Origin: Prevotellaceae bacterium UBA7017
Lineage (GTDB): Bacteria > Bacteroidota > Bacteroidia > Bacteroidales > Bacteroidaceae
Assembly: GCA_002449535.1 (NCBI GenBank)
Contig: DJWZ01000062.1
Span: 17,369-81,368, forward strand
Length of the DNA: 64,000 nucleotides
Direction of reading: 5' to 3'
Both the position numbers and the translations under genes were made by a program. Position 1 is the first letter of the stretch, and each line of letters opens with the position of its first letter. Positions 19,530 to 30,003 of this stretch are shown in pieces. Under the pieces are notes generated by a model. It worked only from the letters and a program-made list of their open reading frames with translations, was not told the origin of the DNA and did no database searches.

Positions 19530-19979
19530 ATGGAAGATAAATTCAAGGGCCTTGGCTACTGGGAAATCGTAGAATTATTGCATAATTGCAAGAATCTCGA
19601 TGAAGAGATGGATATCTATAAGAAACTAGTGGAACTTGGCGAGAAGACTTTTATAGAACTCCAAACAGGAGAAACAGATTGTTTTATTCCTATAGAACTT
19701 GATTATTATGCTTGTCCGATGGATAATCTGGCATTATGCTACATGAAGCAAAAAGAGTACGCCAAGGCGTTGCCTCTTTTGGAAAAAGCTTTGCTATTAT
19801 ATAGAATGCTGGAAATAACCGACTCTGACTTTACATATCAACGATACAATGCTTTAAAGAGGTTAGCGAAATGCCAAAAGGAACTGGGAAATAAAACAAT
19901 GGATATACTTTATAGCTATGAGTTGAGACTTTTAGAAGTGACGGGAAAAATACTAAATAATGATAGCCAAGAGACATAG
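19530..19979 (+). CDS. tetratricopeptide repeat protein
   Basis: NLALCYMKQKEYAKALPLLEKAL fits a TPR helix pair. Confidence 0.65.
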   Translation: MEDKFKGLGYWEIVELLHNCKNLDEEMDIYKKLVELGEKTFIELQTGETDCFIPIELDYYACPMDNLALCYMKQKEYAKALPLLEKALLLYRMLEITDSDFTYQRYNALKRLAKCQKELGNKTMDILYSYELRLLEVTGKILNNDSQET

Positions 19980-20106
19980 GGACGGGTACATTAGATGTAT
20001 GATGTTTGGAGAAACATGAAATTGTGCTTGGCAACATCATTCTTTATTGCTCATCTTAAATCAAACAATCAATAGATTTGCTTGAAATTGCATCATTCCC
20101 ATCCAG

Positions 20107-20133
20107 CTCACTCTTCGGAGTGGGCTTTTCTTT
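20107..20133 (+). terminator. rho-independent terminator closing the AT-rich islet
   Basis: gctcactc-ttcg-gagtgggc followed by a T run. Confidence 0.75.
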
Positions 20134-20221
20134 AGCGGACAAGATTTTCGTCAAAGGTTCAAGGTCTGAGGACTGCAAATCCGAATTTAATTTTTAATCT
20201 TTAATATGATAAATTAGGGTG

Positions 20222-20500
20222 GGTGTAATCGCTGTAATCGTAATCGGTGGGTTTGATGGCTGAAGTGTGATGGCTGAGGGTTGATTCGGAAAAGGGGGCT
20301 TTTTTTGTTCCCTCCCGAGGGAAATTTTTTTTCTTCCCGATGAAAATAATTTTTCACTTCGGAGCAGATTTTTACCACTCATCACATAACTGGCATCGAT
20401 GACGATTACACCGATTACAGTGGGGTAATTTATTTTTGTAAGGGTAGGGTAATTTGCAGAGCCACTATTTATATATAATAATTATTATATATAAATAGTG
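20222..20500. repeat. inverted-repeat element B with GTAATC iterons and a perfect 38-bp AT palindrome
   Basis: TGTAATCG arrays at 20222-20249 are inverted at 20394-20421; palindrome cactatttatatataataa|ttattatatataaatagtg at 20463-20500. Confidence 0.85.
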
Positions 20501-20563
20501 ACCTAAATTTCTCAGAATAAATAGGGGGTGTTGTCAACTGTCAACTGTCATCGCTTGGTTGGA

Positions 20564-21667
20564 TTACACTCCAGCTACGTACAATATGTCAGAGAATACG
20601 CCTGCTGCTGTTACGCCTGCTCCGGCACCATAGCCCTGAATAATCATAGGGTGGGGGTTGTAGCGCTCTGTATGGATAAGGATGATGTTGTTGGAGCCTT
20701 CAAGGTGGAAAGCAGGATGCTTGGAATCTACCTTGTCGAGACTTACAGAACATTTGCCGTTGTCCAGTTTTGCTACAAAGCGCAAATGCTGATTATTTTT
20801 CTTAACCTCTTTGCGGAGCTGTTCGAAGTGGTCATCGAGTTGTGGAAGCTTCTTCCAGAAGTCATCCAGAGTTCCTTCAAAATATTCGTTAGGGACAAAG
20901 AGATGCTTCTCAACATCGTCCTGACTGACATCATATCCGCTTTCGCGAGCCAGGATGACGAGCTTGCGTATCACATCGATTCCAGAGAGGTCTATGCGTG
21001 GGTCGGGCTCGGAGAAACGTGCCTCTTTTGCCTTTAATACTGCCTGGGAGAATGTGCAAGTTTCGCTCAGGTGTGTGAAGATATAGTTCAGGGTGCCGGA
21101 AAGAACAGCCTCAATCTTGGTAATTTTATCGCCAGAGGAAACGAGATGGTCTATTGTTCTTATCAGGGGAAGACCTGCACCGACGTTGGTTTCGTATTTA
21201 TACATCACGCCATTGTTGACGGCGGTCGTCTTCAGCTTGCGGAAACTCTCTAAGTCACCGCTGGCAGCAACTTTGTTGGCACAGACAACGGAGATGTTGT
21301 GCTCGATGAATTCCTGATATAAAGCAGCTATCTCGTAGCTTGCCGTGCAGTCAACAAAGACAAGAGGATGGATAACCTGTTCACGTAAAGCCAATACTTC
21401 GTCATGAATAATCTGGAGACTTGACTTCGGATTCTGTGAGAAAATGCTGCGGAAAGCACTCAGGTCGTCCTCTTTCAAACTTAGTTTTTCCAAATCTATT
21501 CCGCGTGGGTTGGTCATGATATTAAAGATATCTACTATTCCCACTACATTCAGGAGGATGTCTCTTTCGCGGAACAAAGTCTGCTGTTGCTTAGCTATCT
21601 GTTGTAGCAGGGTACCACCGACGGTACCAGTGCCGCATAATACGATGTTTAGCTTGTGTTGCTGCAT
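20564..21667 (-). CDS. hom: homoserine dehydrogenase (stand-alone, no aspartokinase domain)
   Basis: GTGTVGG, VDCTAS, ANK, YETNVGAGLP, SGTLNY, EPDPRIDLSG, GYGAGAGVTA. Confidence 0.85.
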   Translation of the reverse strand: MQQHKLNIVLCGTGTVGGTLLQQIAKQQQTLFRERDILLNVVGIVDIFNIMTNPRGIDLEKLSLKEDDLSAFRSIFSQNPKSSLQIIHDEVLALREQVIHPLVFVDCTASYEIAALYQEFIEHNISVVCANKVAASGDLESFRKLKTTAVNNGVMYKYETNVGAGLPLIRTIDHLVSSGDKITKIEAVLSGTLNYIFTHLSETCTFSQAVLKAKEARFSEPDPRIDLSGIDVIRKLVILARESGYDVSQDDVEKHLFVPNEYFEGTLDDFWKKLPQLDDHFEQLRKEVKKNNQHLRFVAKLDNGKCSVSLDKVDSKHPAFHLEGSNNIILIHTERYNPHPMIIQGYGAGAGVTAAGVFSDILYVAGV

Positions 21668-21715
21668 ATTATTTTGGGAGTTAAAAGGGGTGTTAAAAAA
21701 GGAGTTAAAGGGGAG

Positions 21716-22078
21716 TTAAAGGGGAGATTGCATTGTGATTCTTATTCCCGCTCCGTCACAATCGGCTGAAAAAGGTGGGGCTACTTTCTTGATATCTATG
21801 GTAGCGCTTTCTGTCTGAGGAAAGTGTGCAAAAATGCTGTTACCGATACGCTGGGCAACATGTTCAAGAAGGTTGCTGGGAATCAGCATCTCCCTTTTTA
21901 CAATGTCAGCCAGGATGGCGTAGTTTAACGTGTCATTAACGTCGTCGGAATTGCAAGCTTCCTCAAAAGGATATTGAACAGAAACGTTGACAATGTAATC
22001 ATTGCCAACATTGCGTTCCTGCTTCTGTACTCCATGAAAAGCGTGAAACCTTAGGTTATCGAGATAAATGGTGCCCAA
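21716..22078 (-). CDS. folB: dihydroneopterin aldolase
   Basis: FHAFHGV...E, TLNYA, LLEHVA. Confidence 0.9.
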   Translation of the reverse strand: MGTIYLDNLRFHAFHGVQKQERNVGNDYIVNVSVQYPFEEACNSDDVNDTLNYAILADIVKREMLIPSNLLEHVAQRIGNSIFAHFPQTESATIDIKKVAPPFSADCDGAGIRITMQSPL

Positions 22079-22087
22079 GGGGAGTAG

Positions 22088-22408
22088 TTAGTCCAAATGA
22101 AAAACTTCTTTGATTGGAATAGTGATAGGGGAGTTGTCTTTTGGATTTACCTCCATGATGTCTGCCATCATGTCCCACCATTTCTGGGTAATGGGGTCGA
22201 TACCGTTGGAAGTGTCCTGGGTGTTGCCATCGCCCCCACACTCTTGGTAGCCAAAGAGAATATTGGTGTCTTTATCCCAGTAAATGGAATAATTGCTGAC
22301 ACCGCTGTCCTTTATCATCTTTACCAATTCAGGCCAGATGGCAGCATGGCGTTTCTGGTATTCCTCCTCACAACCTGGCTTGAGGAACATCTTGAAAGCG
22401 AATCTCAT
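22088..22408 (-). CDS. rhaM: L-rhamnose mutarotase
   Basis: EYQKRHAAIWPE, NYSIY, QKWWDMMADIM, EVFHLD. Confidence 0.9.
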   Translation of the reverse strand: MRFAFKMFLKPGCEEEYQKRHAAIWPELVKMIKDSGVSNYSIYWDKDTNILFGYQECGGDGNTQDTSNGIDPITQKWWDMMADIMEVNPKDNSPITIPIKEVFHLD

Positions 22409-22421
22409 ATTCTATGCTTCT

Positions 22422-22742
22422 TTATGCTTCTCCAAAAGGATTGGCTGTTCTTGGTGGTACTGGAGCATTGTTCTTGCTCGTTGTCTCAAGGGATATAGGA
22501 CCGAAGTCTTTCTCGTAGCGCATAACATTATCTTGCAATGCCAATAAGAGACGCTTCGCATGCTCTGGTGCCAATATTACACGGCTTACAACCTGTGCTT
22601 TGTCTATTCCTGGAAGAGAGGATGCAAGGTCCATGACAAATTCTGTACGAGAATGTGAGATAATTGCAAAGTTGCTATATACACCGCGTGCTGTTTCGGG
22701 TGTTAAGTCAAGTTGGAGTTGGTTTCCTTTTTGGTTTGTCAT
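22422..22742 (-). CDS. DUF3467 family protein
   Basis: GVYSNFAIISHS..EF and SRVILAPEHAKRL...YEKDFG. Confidence 0.85.
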   Translation of the reverse strand: MTNQKGNQLQLDLTPETARGVYSNFAIISHSRTEFVMDLASSLPGIDKAQVVSRVILAPEHAKRLLLALQDNVMRYEKDFGPISLETTSKNNAPVPPRTANPFGEA

Positions 22743-22857
22743 AATTGTTCAAATTTAAAATCTTCGCGCAAAGGTAGTCTTTTTTTCAATATTAAGTATT
22801 AGTCTTTCCAGAGTTTTATTTTCTGTTTCTTAATAAACCTTAAAATATTCGTTGCCC

Positions 22858-22889
22858 TGTGGATAAGTGAAAAAAATAGCTTATCTTTG
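22858..22889 (+). promoter_or_regulatory. promoter of the amidase-MCE-dnaA operon with a DnaA box
   Basis: Perfect DnaA box TGTGGATAA at 22858-22866 just upstream of -7 box TATCTTTG at 22882-22889. Confidence 0.65.
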
Positions 22890-22909
22890 CAAGGTTTTTC
22901 CATGTGTCT

Positions 22910-24058
22910 ATGTTTAGATTGAGATATACTATATTGTTAATCTGTTTCATGTTGGCTGTTTCGGCAAACATGGTTGCCAAGTCGTTCACTCTTGTTATTG
23001 ATGCGGGACATGGCGGGCATGATGCCGGAGCCATAGGGGCATTCTCGAAGGAGAAGGATATCAACCTCAATGTGGCACTGGCATTTGGAAAATACGTAGA
23101 GCGTAACTGCCCTGATGTAAGGGTGATTTATACAAGAACAAGCGATGTGTTCGTCACGCTGAATGGTCGTGCAGAAATAGCAAACAGGGCAAAGGCTGAC
23201 TTGTTCATCAGCATCCATACAAACTCTCTGCCCAGCGGTCGCATATCGAGAGGTATGGAAACCTATACATTGGGAATGCATAGGGCAGCAGAAAATCTTG
23301 AGGTCGCAAAAAGAGAAAACCAGGTTATCCTTCAGGAGAAAGGCTATAGAGAGACATATCAGGGCTTTAATCCTAATTCTGCAGAAAGCTATATTATCTT
23401 CGAGTTTTTGCAGGATAATAATATGCAGAAGAGCGTGGAACTGGCAAAATATGTACAAAGTAGTGCATGCTCAATGGCAGGCCGTATAAATAAAGGTGTC
23501 AAACAAGCAGGCTTCCTGGTGCTCAGGGCAACCTCTATGCCCAGTTGCCTGATAGAATTGGGTTTTATTTCTACTCCTGATGAAGAGAGGTTTCTCAACA
23601 GTACTATCGGAATTGACAAACTGGCAAGAGGCATATACAATGCATTTGCACAATATAAAAACAATAACAGTAACTCCAGAACTTCCATCATAATGGAGAA
23701 GCCGCAGGAACTGCAAAAAGAGGAAGAAAGAAAGGTGGAGGAGAGCAGAAGAGAGGTTGTAGAGGCTCCTGTTAATGAAAAAGTAGCAGATAATAAAATT
23801 CCGACACCACAACCTGTACAGCCATCTCCCATCGTGTACAAAGTTCAGGTGTTAGTTGCAGAGAGAGTCCTTAAACAAGATGATTATCGCCTGAAAGGAC
23901 GCAAGGACCTTGAGTATTATAAAGAGGGCGGAATGGTAAAATATACTGCCGGCTCTTTTGAAACTATGAGTGAAGCTAATAGATTTCGTGTTGAATTAAA
24001 TAAAATTTTCCCGGGATGCTTTGTAGTAAAGTTTAGGGATGGACAAAGAGTAAAATGA
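22910..24058 (+). CDS. N-acetylmuramoyl-L-alanine amidase (Amidase_3)
   Basis: IDAGHGG, EK..NL, ISIHTN, LIELGF. Confidence 0.92.
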   Translation: MFRLRYTILLICFMLAVSANMVAKSFTLVIDAGHGGHDAGAIGAFSKEKDINLNVALAFGKYVERNCPDVRVIYTRTSDVFVTLNGRAEIANRAKADLFISIHTNSLPSGRISRGMETYTLGMHRAAENLEVAKRENQVILQEKGYRETYQGFNPNSAESYIIFEFLQDNNMQKSVELAKYVQSSACSMAGRINKGVKQAGFLVLRATSMPSCLIELGFISTPDEERFLNSTIGIDKLARGIYNAFAQYKNNNSNSRTSIIMEKPQELQKEEERKVEESRREVVEAPVNEKVADNKIPTPQPVQPSPIVYKVQVLVAERVLKQDDYRLKGRKDLEYYKEGGMVKYTAGSFETMSEANRFRVELNKIFPGCFVVKFRDGQRVK

Positions 24059-24963
24059 AAAAGGTATTTTCCAAAGAGGTGAAGATAGCATTGACTGCTG
24101 TTGTTGCCATCGTGTTGTTATTCTTCGGACTTAATTTCCTAAAGGGGATGTCCTTGTTTAGTAGCAGTGTAGAGTACAAAATGACGTTTGTAGACCTAAA
24201 GGGCCTTACGCGAAATACTGCTATTTATGCAAACGGGTACAAGGTCGGTACTGTGACAGATATTTTATTCGACTTTGAAAAACAAGGTCCCATTGAGGTG
24301 GAATGTGATATAGACCCGCGTCTATACATCCCATATGGTACAAGGGCAAAGATAGAGACAGACTTGATGGGAAACATAAAGGTCAGTTTGTTGCTTGGTA
24401 AGCAAGGGGCACAGCGCCTGAAACCAGGTGATGTCATAGAAGGTGTCAATGATAAAAGCGCAATGTCACAGGTGGCAGAGATGATGCCAAGCGTACAGGC
24501 AATTATACCAAAGGTGGACAGCATCATGACAAATCTTAACGTGCTGCTCGCCAATCCTGCCCTTGTCAGTATGCTGACCAATATGGACGGAATGTCTGCA
24601 AACTTAAAGGAGGCTACATTTGAAATAAACGGTCTGTTAAAGGAACTTCATCAAGGTGCGCCAAACCTTATTAAACATGCAGACAATACTCTTGCCAATA
24701 CCGAGAAACTTAGCAAAAACCTAAGTGAGATAGATATTGACGGCATGATGGCGAAGATAGACAAGACATTATATAATGTAGAGAGCATGACTGCGGCATT
24801 AAATAGCACGGAGGGAACGATAGGCTGCCTCTTGCATGACCCATCAGCATATAACCATCTGTCTTCAACATTGTCTCATGTTGATTCACTTGTGATAGAC
24901 CTCAAAGCTCACCCAATGAGATATGTTCATTTCTCTATATTTGGCAGAAAAGAAAAGAAATGA
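24055..24963 (+). CDS. MlaD/MCE family protein
   Basis: N-terminal TM helix, GL...IYANGYKVGTV, helical tail. Confidence 0.88.
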   Translation: MKKVFSKEVKIALTAVVAIVLLFFGLNFLKGMSLFSSSVEYKMTFVDLKGLTRNTAIYANGYKVGTVTDILFDFEKQGPIEVECDIDPRLYIPYGTRAKIETDLMGNIKVSLLLGKQGAQRLKPGDVIEGVNDKSAMSQVAEMMPSVQAIIPKVDSIMTNLNVLLANPALVSMLTNMDGMSANLKEATFEINGLLKELHQGAPNLIKHADNTLANTEKLSKNLSEIDIDGMMAKIDKTLYNVESMTAALNSTEGTIGCLLHDPSAYNHLSSTLSHVDSLVIDLKAHPMRYVHFSIFGRKEKK

Positions 24964-26306
24964 CAAAAAACAAGAGGGACCTTTGGACTTCGTGCCAAAA
25001 ATACTTTCGTGAGAATCTGGAAAACGAGGAGTATGCCCGTTTGTTTTCTCATGTAGAATTCGAGACTTTCGAAATAGCCTCGAATACTCTTGTTTTACGT
25101 ATTCCGAGTCAATATATATCTGAAACCATAGAGAACGATGACCGATTGTATGAGCTCTTCCGAAAAGCCATACAATATACCTTTGGTATGATACGCCTCA
25201 ATTGGCATATTGTAATGAAGGACCAAAAGGGCAGTTTGGCATTTGTGGAACCTGCTGCACCGAAGCCTGATATAGAGTCAAATCTTAATAGAGGACAGAC
25301 CTTCCGTACTTTCGTGGAAGGAGATAGCAACAGGCTGTCACGTTCAATCGGCTTGAGAATCGCGGAACATCCGGCTGGAACGCAGTTCAATCCCCTTTTT
25401 GTCTATGGACCCTCCGGGTGTGGTAAGACGCATCTCGTAAATGCAATAGGAAACCGTTGTAAGGAACTGTATCCGGATAAACGTGTGTTGTATGTCAGTG
25501 CACAGATGTTTCAGCAGCAATTTACACAGGCAAACTTAAATGGGCAATTCAATGATTTTATATCCTTTTACCAAACCATTGATATGCTTATTGTGGATGA
25601 TGTGCAGGAATGGATGACAGCTACTAAAACGCAGAATGCCTTTTTCCATATATTTAATCACTTGACACTTAATGGCAAACGCATAATACTTGTTAGTGAC
25701 AGGGCTCCTGTGGAACTGGAAGGTATGAACAAACGTCTCTTGTCCCGTTTCAAGAGTGGCATGATGGCTGAAATGGAACAGCCAAATGTTCAGTTGTGCG
25801 TGGATATATTGCATAACAAAATGGCACGTGATGGAGTGAAAATTCCTGAAGATGTCGTCGTTTTTATTGCGCAGACAGCAAATAATTCTATCCGTGAATT
25901 AGAAGGCATTATAAACTCTTTAATGGCTTATAGCGTTGTCTATAACTCCAGTATAGACATGAAGCTTGTTGAGCGTGTCGTGCAACGAGCTGTCAAAATA
26001 GATAATATGCCTCTTACAGTTGATGATGTTCTTGAGACTGTTTGCAGATTTTATGATGTTACTCCGAATGCGGTCAAGGGTGCATCACGAAAGAAGGAAC
26101 TTGTTATTCCACGTCAGATTGTAATGTACTTGGCTGATAAATACACAAACATTCCTGCTGCCAGAATTGGTAAATTGATAGGCGGGAGAGACCATAGTAC
26201 GGTACTGCATAGTATTAATAAGGTACGTATGATGATAGAAAAAGATAAGGTTTTTGCATCACAAGTAAAGAAGGTGGATGAAATGTTGAAGGTTAAGAAA
26301 TCTTAA
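24960..26306 (+). CDS. dnaA: chromosomal replication initiator
   Basis: FNPLFVYGPSGCGKTHL, DDVQ, IRELEG, GGRDHSTV. Confidence 0.97.
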   Translation: MTKNKRDLWTSCQKYFRENLENEEYARLFSHVEFETFEIASNTLVLRIPSQYISETIENDDRLYELFRKAIQYTFGMIRLNWHIVMKDQKGSLAFVEPAAPKPDIESNLNRGQTFRTFVEGDSNRLSRSIGLRIAEHPAGTQFNPLFVYGPSGCGKTHLVNAIGNRCKELYPDKRVLYVSAQMFQQQFTQANLNGQFNDFISFYQTIDMLIVDDVQEWMTATKTQNAFFHIFNHLTLNGKRIILVSDRAPVELEGMNKRLLSRFKSGMMAEMEQPNVQLCVDILHNKMARDGVKIPEDVVVFIAQTANNSIRELEGIINSLMAYSVVYNSSIDMKLVERVVQRAVKIDNMPLTVDDVLETVCRFYDVTPNAVKGASRKKELVIPRQIVMYLADKYTNIPAARIGKLIGGRDHSTVLHSINKVRMMIEKDKVFASQVKKVDEMLKVKKS

Positions 26307-26406
26307 AAACTCATGCCGTTCCATTTTTTTTTCGTACTTTTGCAACCGAATTTGTATCTACCCCGCCGATATTGGCACAAAACATAACGAGAGAGAAACT
26401 AAAATC

Positions 26407-27300
26407 ATGAAGTTCAGAAACTTGTATATTGTATTAATCTCTATTGTATTATCTTTTGTCGCGACATCATCATTTGCTCAGGACTTGATAGCTATGCAGG
26501 CTCCTCTTGACAAGCATATGAAGAAACTTGATACGCTGGCACTTAGGTCTGTAATAGAACGTGAGGAGGCTGAGGCTCCGTCATCAATGCTATATCCGGA
26601 GTGGAGCAATAAATATGCGCATCGTGAATCAGTATTGCCGGATTCTTTCAGAATTAATCTTCGAGGTTTTCATATGCCATGCGAAAGTCGTGTTGTAACC
26701 AGTAATTATGGTGCAAGATGGGGAAGAATGCATAAAGGCATAGACATAAAGGTGTATATAGGTGACACTATTCGTGCTGCATTCTCAGGAAAGGTAAGAA
26801 TTGTACGATATGAGGCTGCCGGTTATGGTAAGTATGTCGTAATTCGCCATAATAACGGTCTTGAGACTATCTATGGTCATATGTCAGCATGGTTGGTTGA
26901 GGAAAATCAGAATGTCAAGGCTGGTCAACCAATTGGATTAGGCGGTAATACAGGTCGTTCGACAGGTTCACATCTGCATTTTGAGACCCGTCTTTGTGGA
27001 ATGGCTATAAATCCAACGACTTTCTTTGATTTCATAAATCAAGATGTAGTTGCCGATTCATATATGTTCAGAAAAGCTAATTTCCGCAGAGAACTTGCAT
27101 CAATGTCACGGAATGCTCGTACTTCAGGAAGTGGAAGCGAAAATGCACAGACGGTTACTCATTATCATAAGGTCGTAGCTGGTGAGACTCTCAGCAGCAT
27201 TGCCAGAAAACGTAATACTACTGTGGATCAAATTTGTAAGATGAACCATATTTCCAAGAATGTAAAGGTTCGTCCTGGTCAGATACTACGTTATAACTAA
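26407..27300 (+). CDS. M23 peptidase with LysM domain
   Basis: HKGID, YGHMS, GRSTGSHLHFE; C-terminal LysM. Confidence 0.92.
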   Translation: MKFRNLYIVLISIVLSFVATSSFAQDLIAMQAPLDKHMKKLDTLALRSVIEREEAEAPSSMLYPEWSNKYAHRESVLPDSFRINLRGFHMPCESRVVTSNYGARWGRMHKGIDIKVYIGDTIRAAFSGKVRIVRYEAAGYGKYVVIRHNNGLETIYGHMSAWLVEENQNVKAGQPIGLGGNTGRSTGSHLHFETRLCGMAINPTTFFDFINQDVVADSYMFRKANFRRELASMSRNARTSGSGSENAQTVTHYHKVVAGETLSSIARKRNTTVDQICKMNHISKNVKVRPGQILRYN

Positions 27301-28082
27301 TGAAGAAGTCACTTTTCCTTTTATTGGCAATATTAGCCCCGGTAATGGTGTCTGCAGAGGGACAATTGATAAAGCTTTCAACTGGAGCAGAAATGACTGT
27401 ATATCTTCCGAGTGCTGATAAGGCAACAGGACGTGCTGTAGTTGATTGTCCAGGAGGGGGATATAGCCATCTGTCTATGGATAATGAAGGTCATAACTGG
27501 GCTGCATTTTATAACGATTTGGGTATTGCATATGCTGTTTTGAAATATAGAATGCCTAAAGGTGACAGGAATGTTCCACTGTCTGATGTCTATGAGGCAA
27601 TAAAGACCTTTAAGGAAAATGCGGAAAAATGGCATGTTAATTCGAATGATATTGGCATACAAGGCTTCTCTGCCGGTGGTCACTTGGCTTCTGCGGTAAG
27701 CACACATGCGCCAGCCGAATTGCGTCCTAAGTTCTCAGTGTTGTTCTATCCTGTAATAAGTATGGACGAACGTGTGACGCATAAGGGTTCTTGTGTCGGC
27801 TTCCTCGGAGATTCTCGTGCTGACAGCGATTTGGTAAAGGAATGGAGCAGTCATGAGGCGGTGGATAGCTTGACACCTCCGGCTATTATTATATTGGCAA
27901 GCGATGATAGGGCTGTCCCTCCTTTGACAAATGGCTTGGAATACTACTCGGCGTTGCGTAAAGCAGGGAAAAAAGCCGCATTCTTTGCTTATCCTTCTGG
28001 TGGTCACGGCTTTGGCTTTAAGGATACGTGGAAATACCATGACCAGATGCTAAAAGAGTTGGAGATATGGTTGAAAGAATAA
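27300..28082 (+). CDS. alpha/beta hydrolase (acetyl esterase-like)
   Basis: PGGGY, GFSAGGH, GGHGFG; signal peptide. Confidence 0.85.
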   Translation: MKKSLFLLLAILAPVMVSAEGQLIKLSTGAEMTVYLPSADKATGRAVVDCPGGGYSHLSMDNEGHNWAAFYNDLGIAYAVLKYRMPKGDRNVPLSDVYEAIKTFKENAEKWHVNSNDIGIQGFSAGGHLASAVSTHAPAELRPKFSVLFYPVISMDERVTHKGSCVGFLGDSRADSDLVKEWSSHEAVDSLTPPAIIILASDDRAVPPLTNGLEYYSALRKAGKKAAFFAYPSGGHGFGFKDTWKYHDQMLKELEIWLKE

Positions 28083-28153
28083 AAAAAACTCGAATAATTT
28101 TGTTATTCGAGGTTTTTTTTGTAATTTTGGCACCAATATAAAAAGATTATAAA

Positions 28154-29989
28154 ATGCTAAAGCAATTCTTTAAGGTTCTGGCAAGGTATATGCTCCCTTA
28201 CAAATTATATATTGTAGGGGCGGTATTGCTGAACATATTTGCACAGTGGATGAATGTGTTCTCGTTCGTTGTGTTAATTCCTATTCTAAATATTTTGTTC
28301 AAGATAGACCAGACCGTCTATCATTATCAGGATTGGACCTGGGGTACACTTAATAAGGATATTATTGTCAATAACGGATATGCGTTAGTACAGGAGATGA
28401 CAGCATCCCACGGAGCGTTTGTTACACTTTGTATAATGGGAATTATCCTAATAATCATGACTGCAATAAAGTGTACAGGCTATTGGGCTTCCATGAATAT
28501 TATGGTGCCGCTCAGTACTGGTATTGTAAGGGATATCCGTACAGAGCTGTATAATAAGATATTGAAGTTGCCGCTCAGCTTCTTCAGTTCAGAACGCAAG
28601 GGTGATATAATTGTTCGAATGAGTACCGATGTTCAGGTGGTAGAGAGTTCTATAACCTCTGGTATGGATAATCTGATTCGTCAGCCTATAGCTATCATCG
28701 TATGTTTTACCACTCTGTTTACCGTTAGTTGGCAGTTGACGTTGTTCGTACTGTGTGTCGCACCACCGGCAGCATGGGTAATGGGTGCCGTCAGCAAGAA
28801 GTTGAAGAGCCAGTCTTCAGATGTTCAGGCGGGTCTTAGTGAAATAATGGCTCAGATAGAAGAGACGCTTGGCGGTTTGCGTATAGTAAAGGCTTTCATA
28901 GCGGAGGATAAGATGAGTAAGCGTTTTGTCTTCGTTAATAACGAATTCCGTCGCGGTATGATTAGCATGATGCGCCGCCTTAATGCAGCACACCCTGTTT
29001 CTGAGACAATGGGAACTATAATAATCGTTGTTGTATTGCTGTTTGGTGGATGGCTGATTCTGGAAGGTAAAGGATTTATTGATGCCTCTACTTTTATTTT
29101 CTACATGGTAATACTTTATAGTGTCATCAACCCTATTAAGGACTTGACACGTACAACATATTATATTCCAATGGGTCTTGCTTCTATGGACCGTATTGAC
29201 TATATTCTTCAGGCAGAGAATCCAATCAAGGAATTACCTAATCCAAAACCACTGAATAGTTTTGAAGATAAGATTGAGTTGCGTGATGTTTCGTTCCACT
29301 ATATTGAAGGTCGTGAGGTGTTGAAGCATGTCAATCTAACGGTTCCAAAGGGAAAGACAGTAGCTTTGGTGGGACAGTCAGGTTCAGGTAAGTCAACGTT
29401 GGTTGACCTCATCCCACGCTATCACGATGTTTCAGATGGCGGCGTTTATATAGATGGAAAGAATATCAAGGAAGTCGGCATCCATGATTTGCGCCAGCTG
29501 ATAGGCAATGTAAATCAGGAAGCCATTCTCTTTAATGACACATTCTATAATAATATCACATTCGGTGTTGAGAATGCCACAATGGAGCAGGTTATAGAAG
29601 CAGCAAAGATAGCCAATGCTCATGATTTTATTATGGAGAGTGAGAATGGCTATAATACAATGATAGGCGACCGTGGCGGTCGTTTGTCAGGAGGGCAACG
29701 TCAGCGTGTGTCTATTGCTCGTGCCGTATTGAAGAATCCTCCTATCCTGATTTTGGATGAAGCTACATCTGCATTGGATACAGAATCGGAACATCTGGTC
29801 CAGGAGGCTCTCGACAGACTTATGAAGACGCGTACTACGGTTGCTATTGCCCACCGGCTTTCCACTATTAAGAATGCTGACATCATTCATGTGCTTTACG
29901 AGGGAGAAATAGTGGAAAGTGGTCAGCATGATGAGTTGATTGCCAAGGATGGCTACTATAAGAAATTATATGATATGCAACAATTATAA
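28154..29989 (+). CDS. MsbA-like ABC exporter (TMD plus NBD)
   Basis: [26 protein letters not shown]. Confidence 0.9.
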   Translation: MLKQFFKVLARYMLPYKLYIVGAVLLNIFAQWMNVFSFVVLIPILNILFKIDQTVYHYQDWTWGTLNKDIIVNNGYALVQEMTASHGAFVTLCIMGIILIIMTAIKCTGYWASMNIMVPLSTGIVRDIRTELYNKILKLPLSFFSSERKGDIIVRMSTDVQVVESSITSGMDNLIRQPIAIIVCFTTLFTVSWQLTLFVLCVAPPAAWVMGAVSKKLKSQSSDVQAGLSEIMAQIEETLGGLRIVKAFIAEDKMSKRFVFVNNEFRRGMISMMRRLNAAHPVSETMGTIIIVVVLLFGGWLILEGKGFIDASTFIFYMVILYSVINPIKDLTRTTYYIPMGLASMDRIDYILQAENPIKELPNPKPLNSFEDKIELRDVSFHYIEGREVLKHVNLTVPKGKTVALVGQSGSGKSTLVDLIPRYHDVSDGGVYIDGKNIKEVGIHDLRQLIGNVNQEAILFNDTFYNNITFGVENATMEQVIEAAKIANAHDFIMESENGYNTMIGDRGGRLSGGQRQRVSIARAVLKNPPILILDEATSALDTESEHLVQEALDRLMKTRTTVAIAHRLSTIKNADIIHVLYEGEIVESGQHDELIAKDGYYKKLYDMQQL

Positions 29990-30003
29990 AAACTGACAGA
30001 GTT

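Noticed and set aside
20171..20190. aaatccgaattta as another cassette junction motif
   Set aside because: It is not at a gene boundary and overlaps a different short palindrome-like sequence (ggactgcaaatcc).
24960..26406. oriC next to dnaA
   Set aside because: dnaA overlaps the upstream gene and the 100-bp downstream gap shows no DnaA-box cluster.
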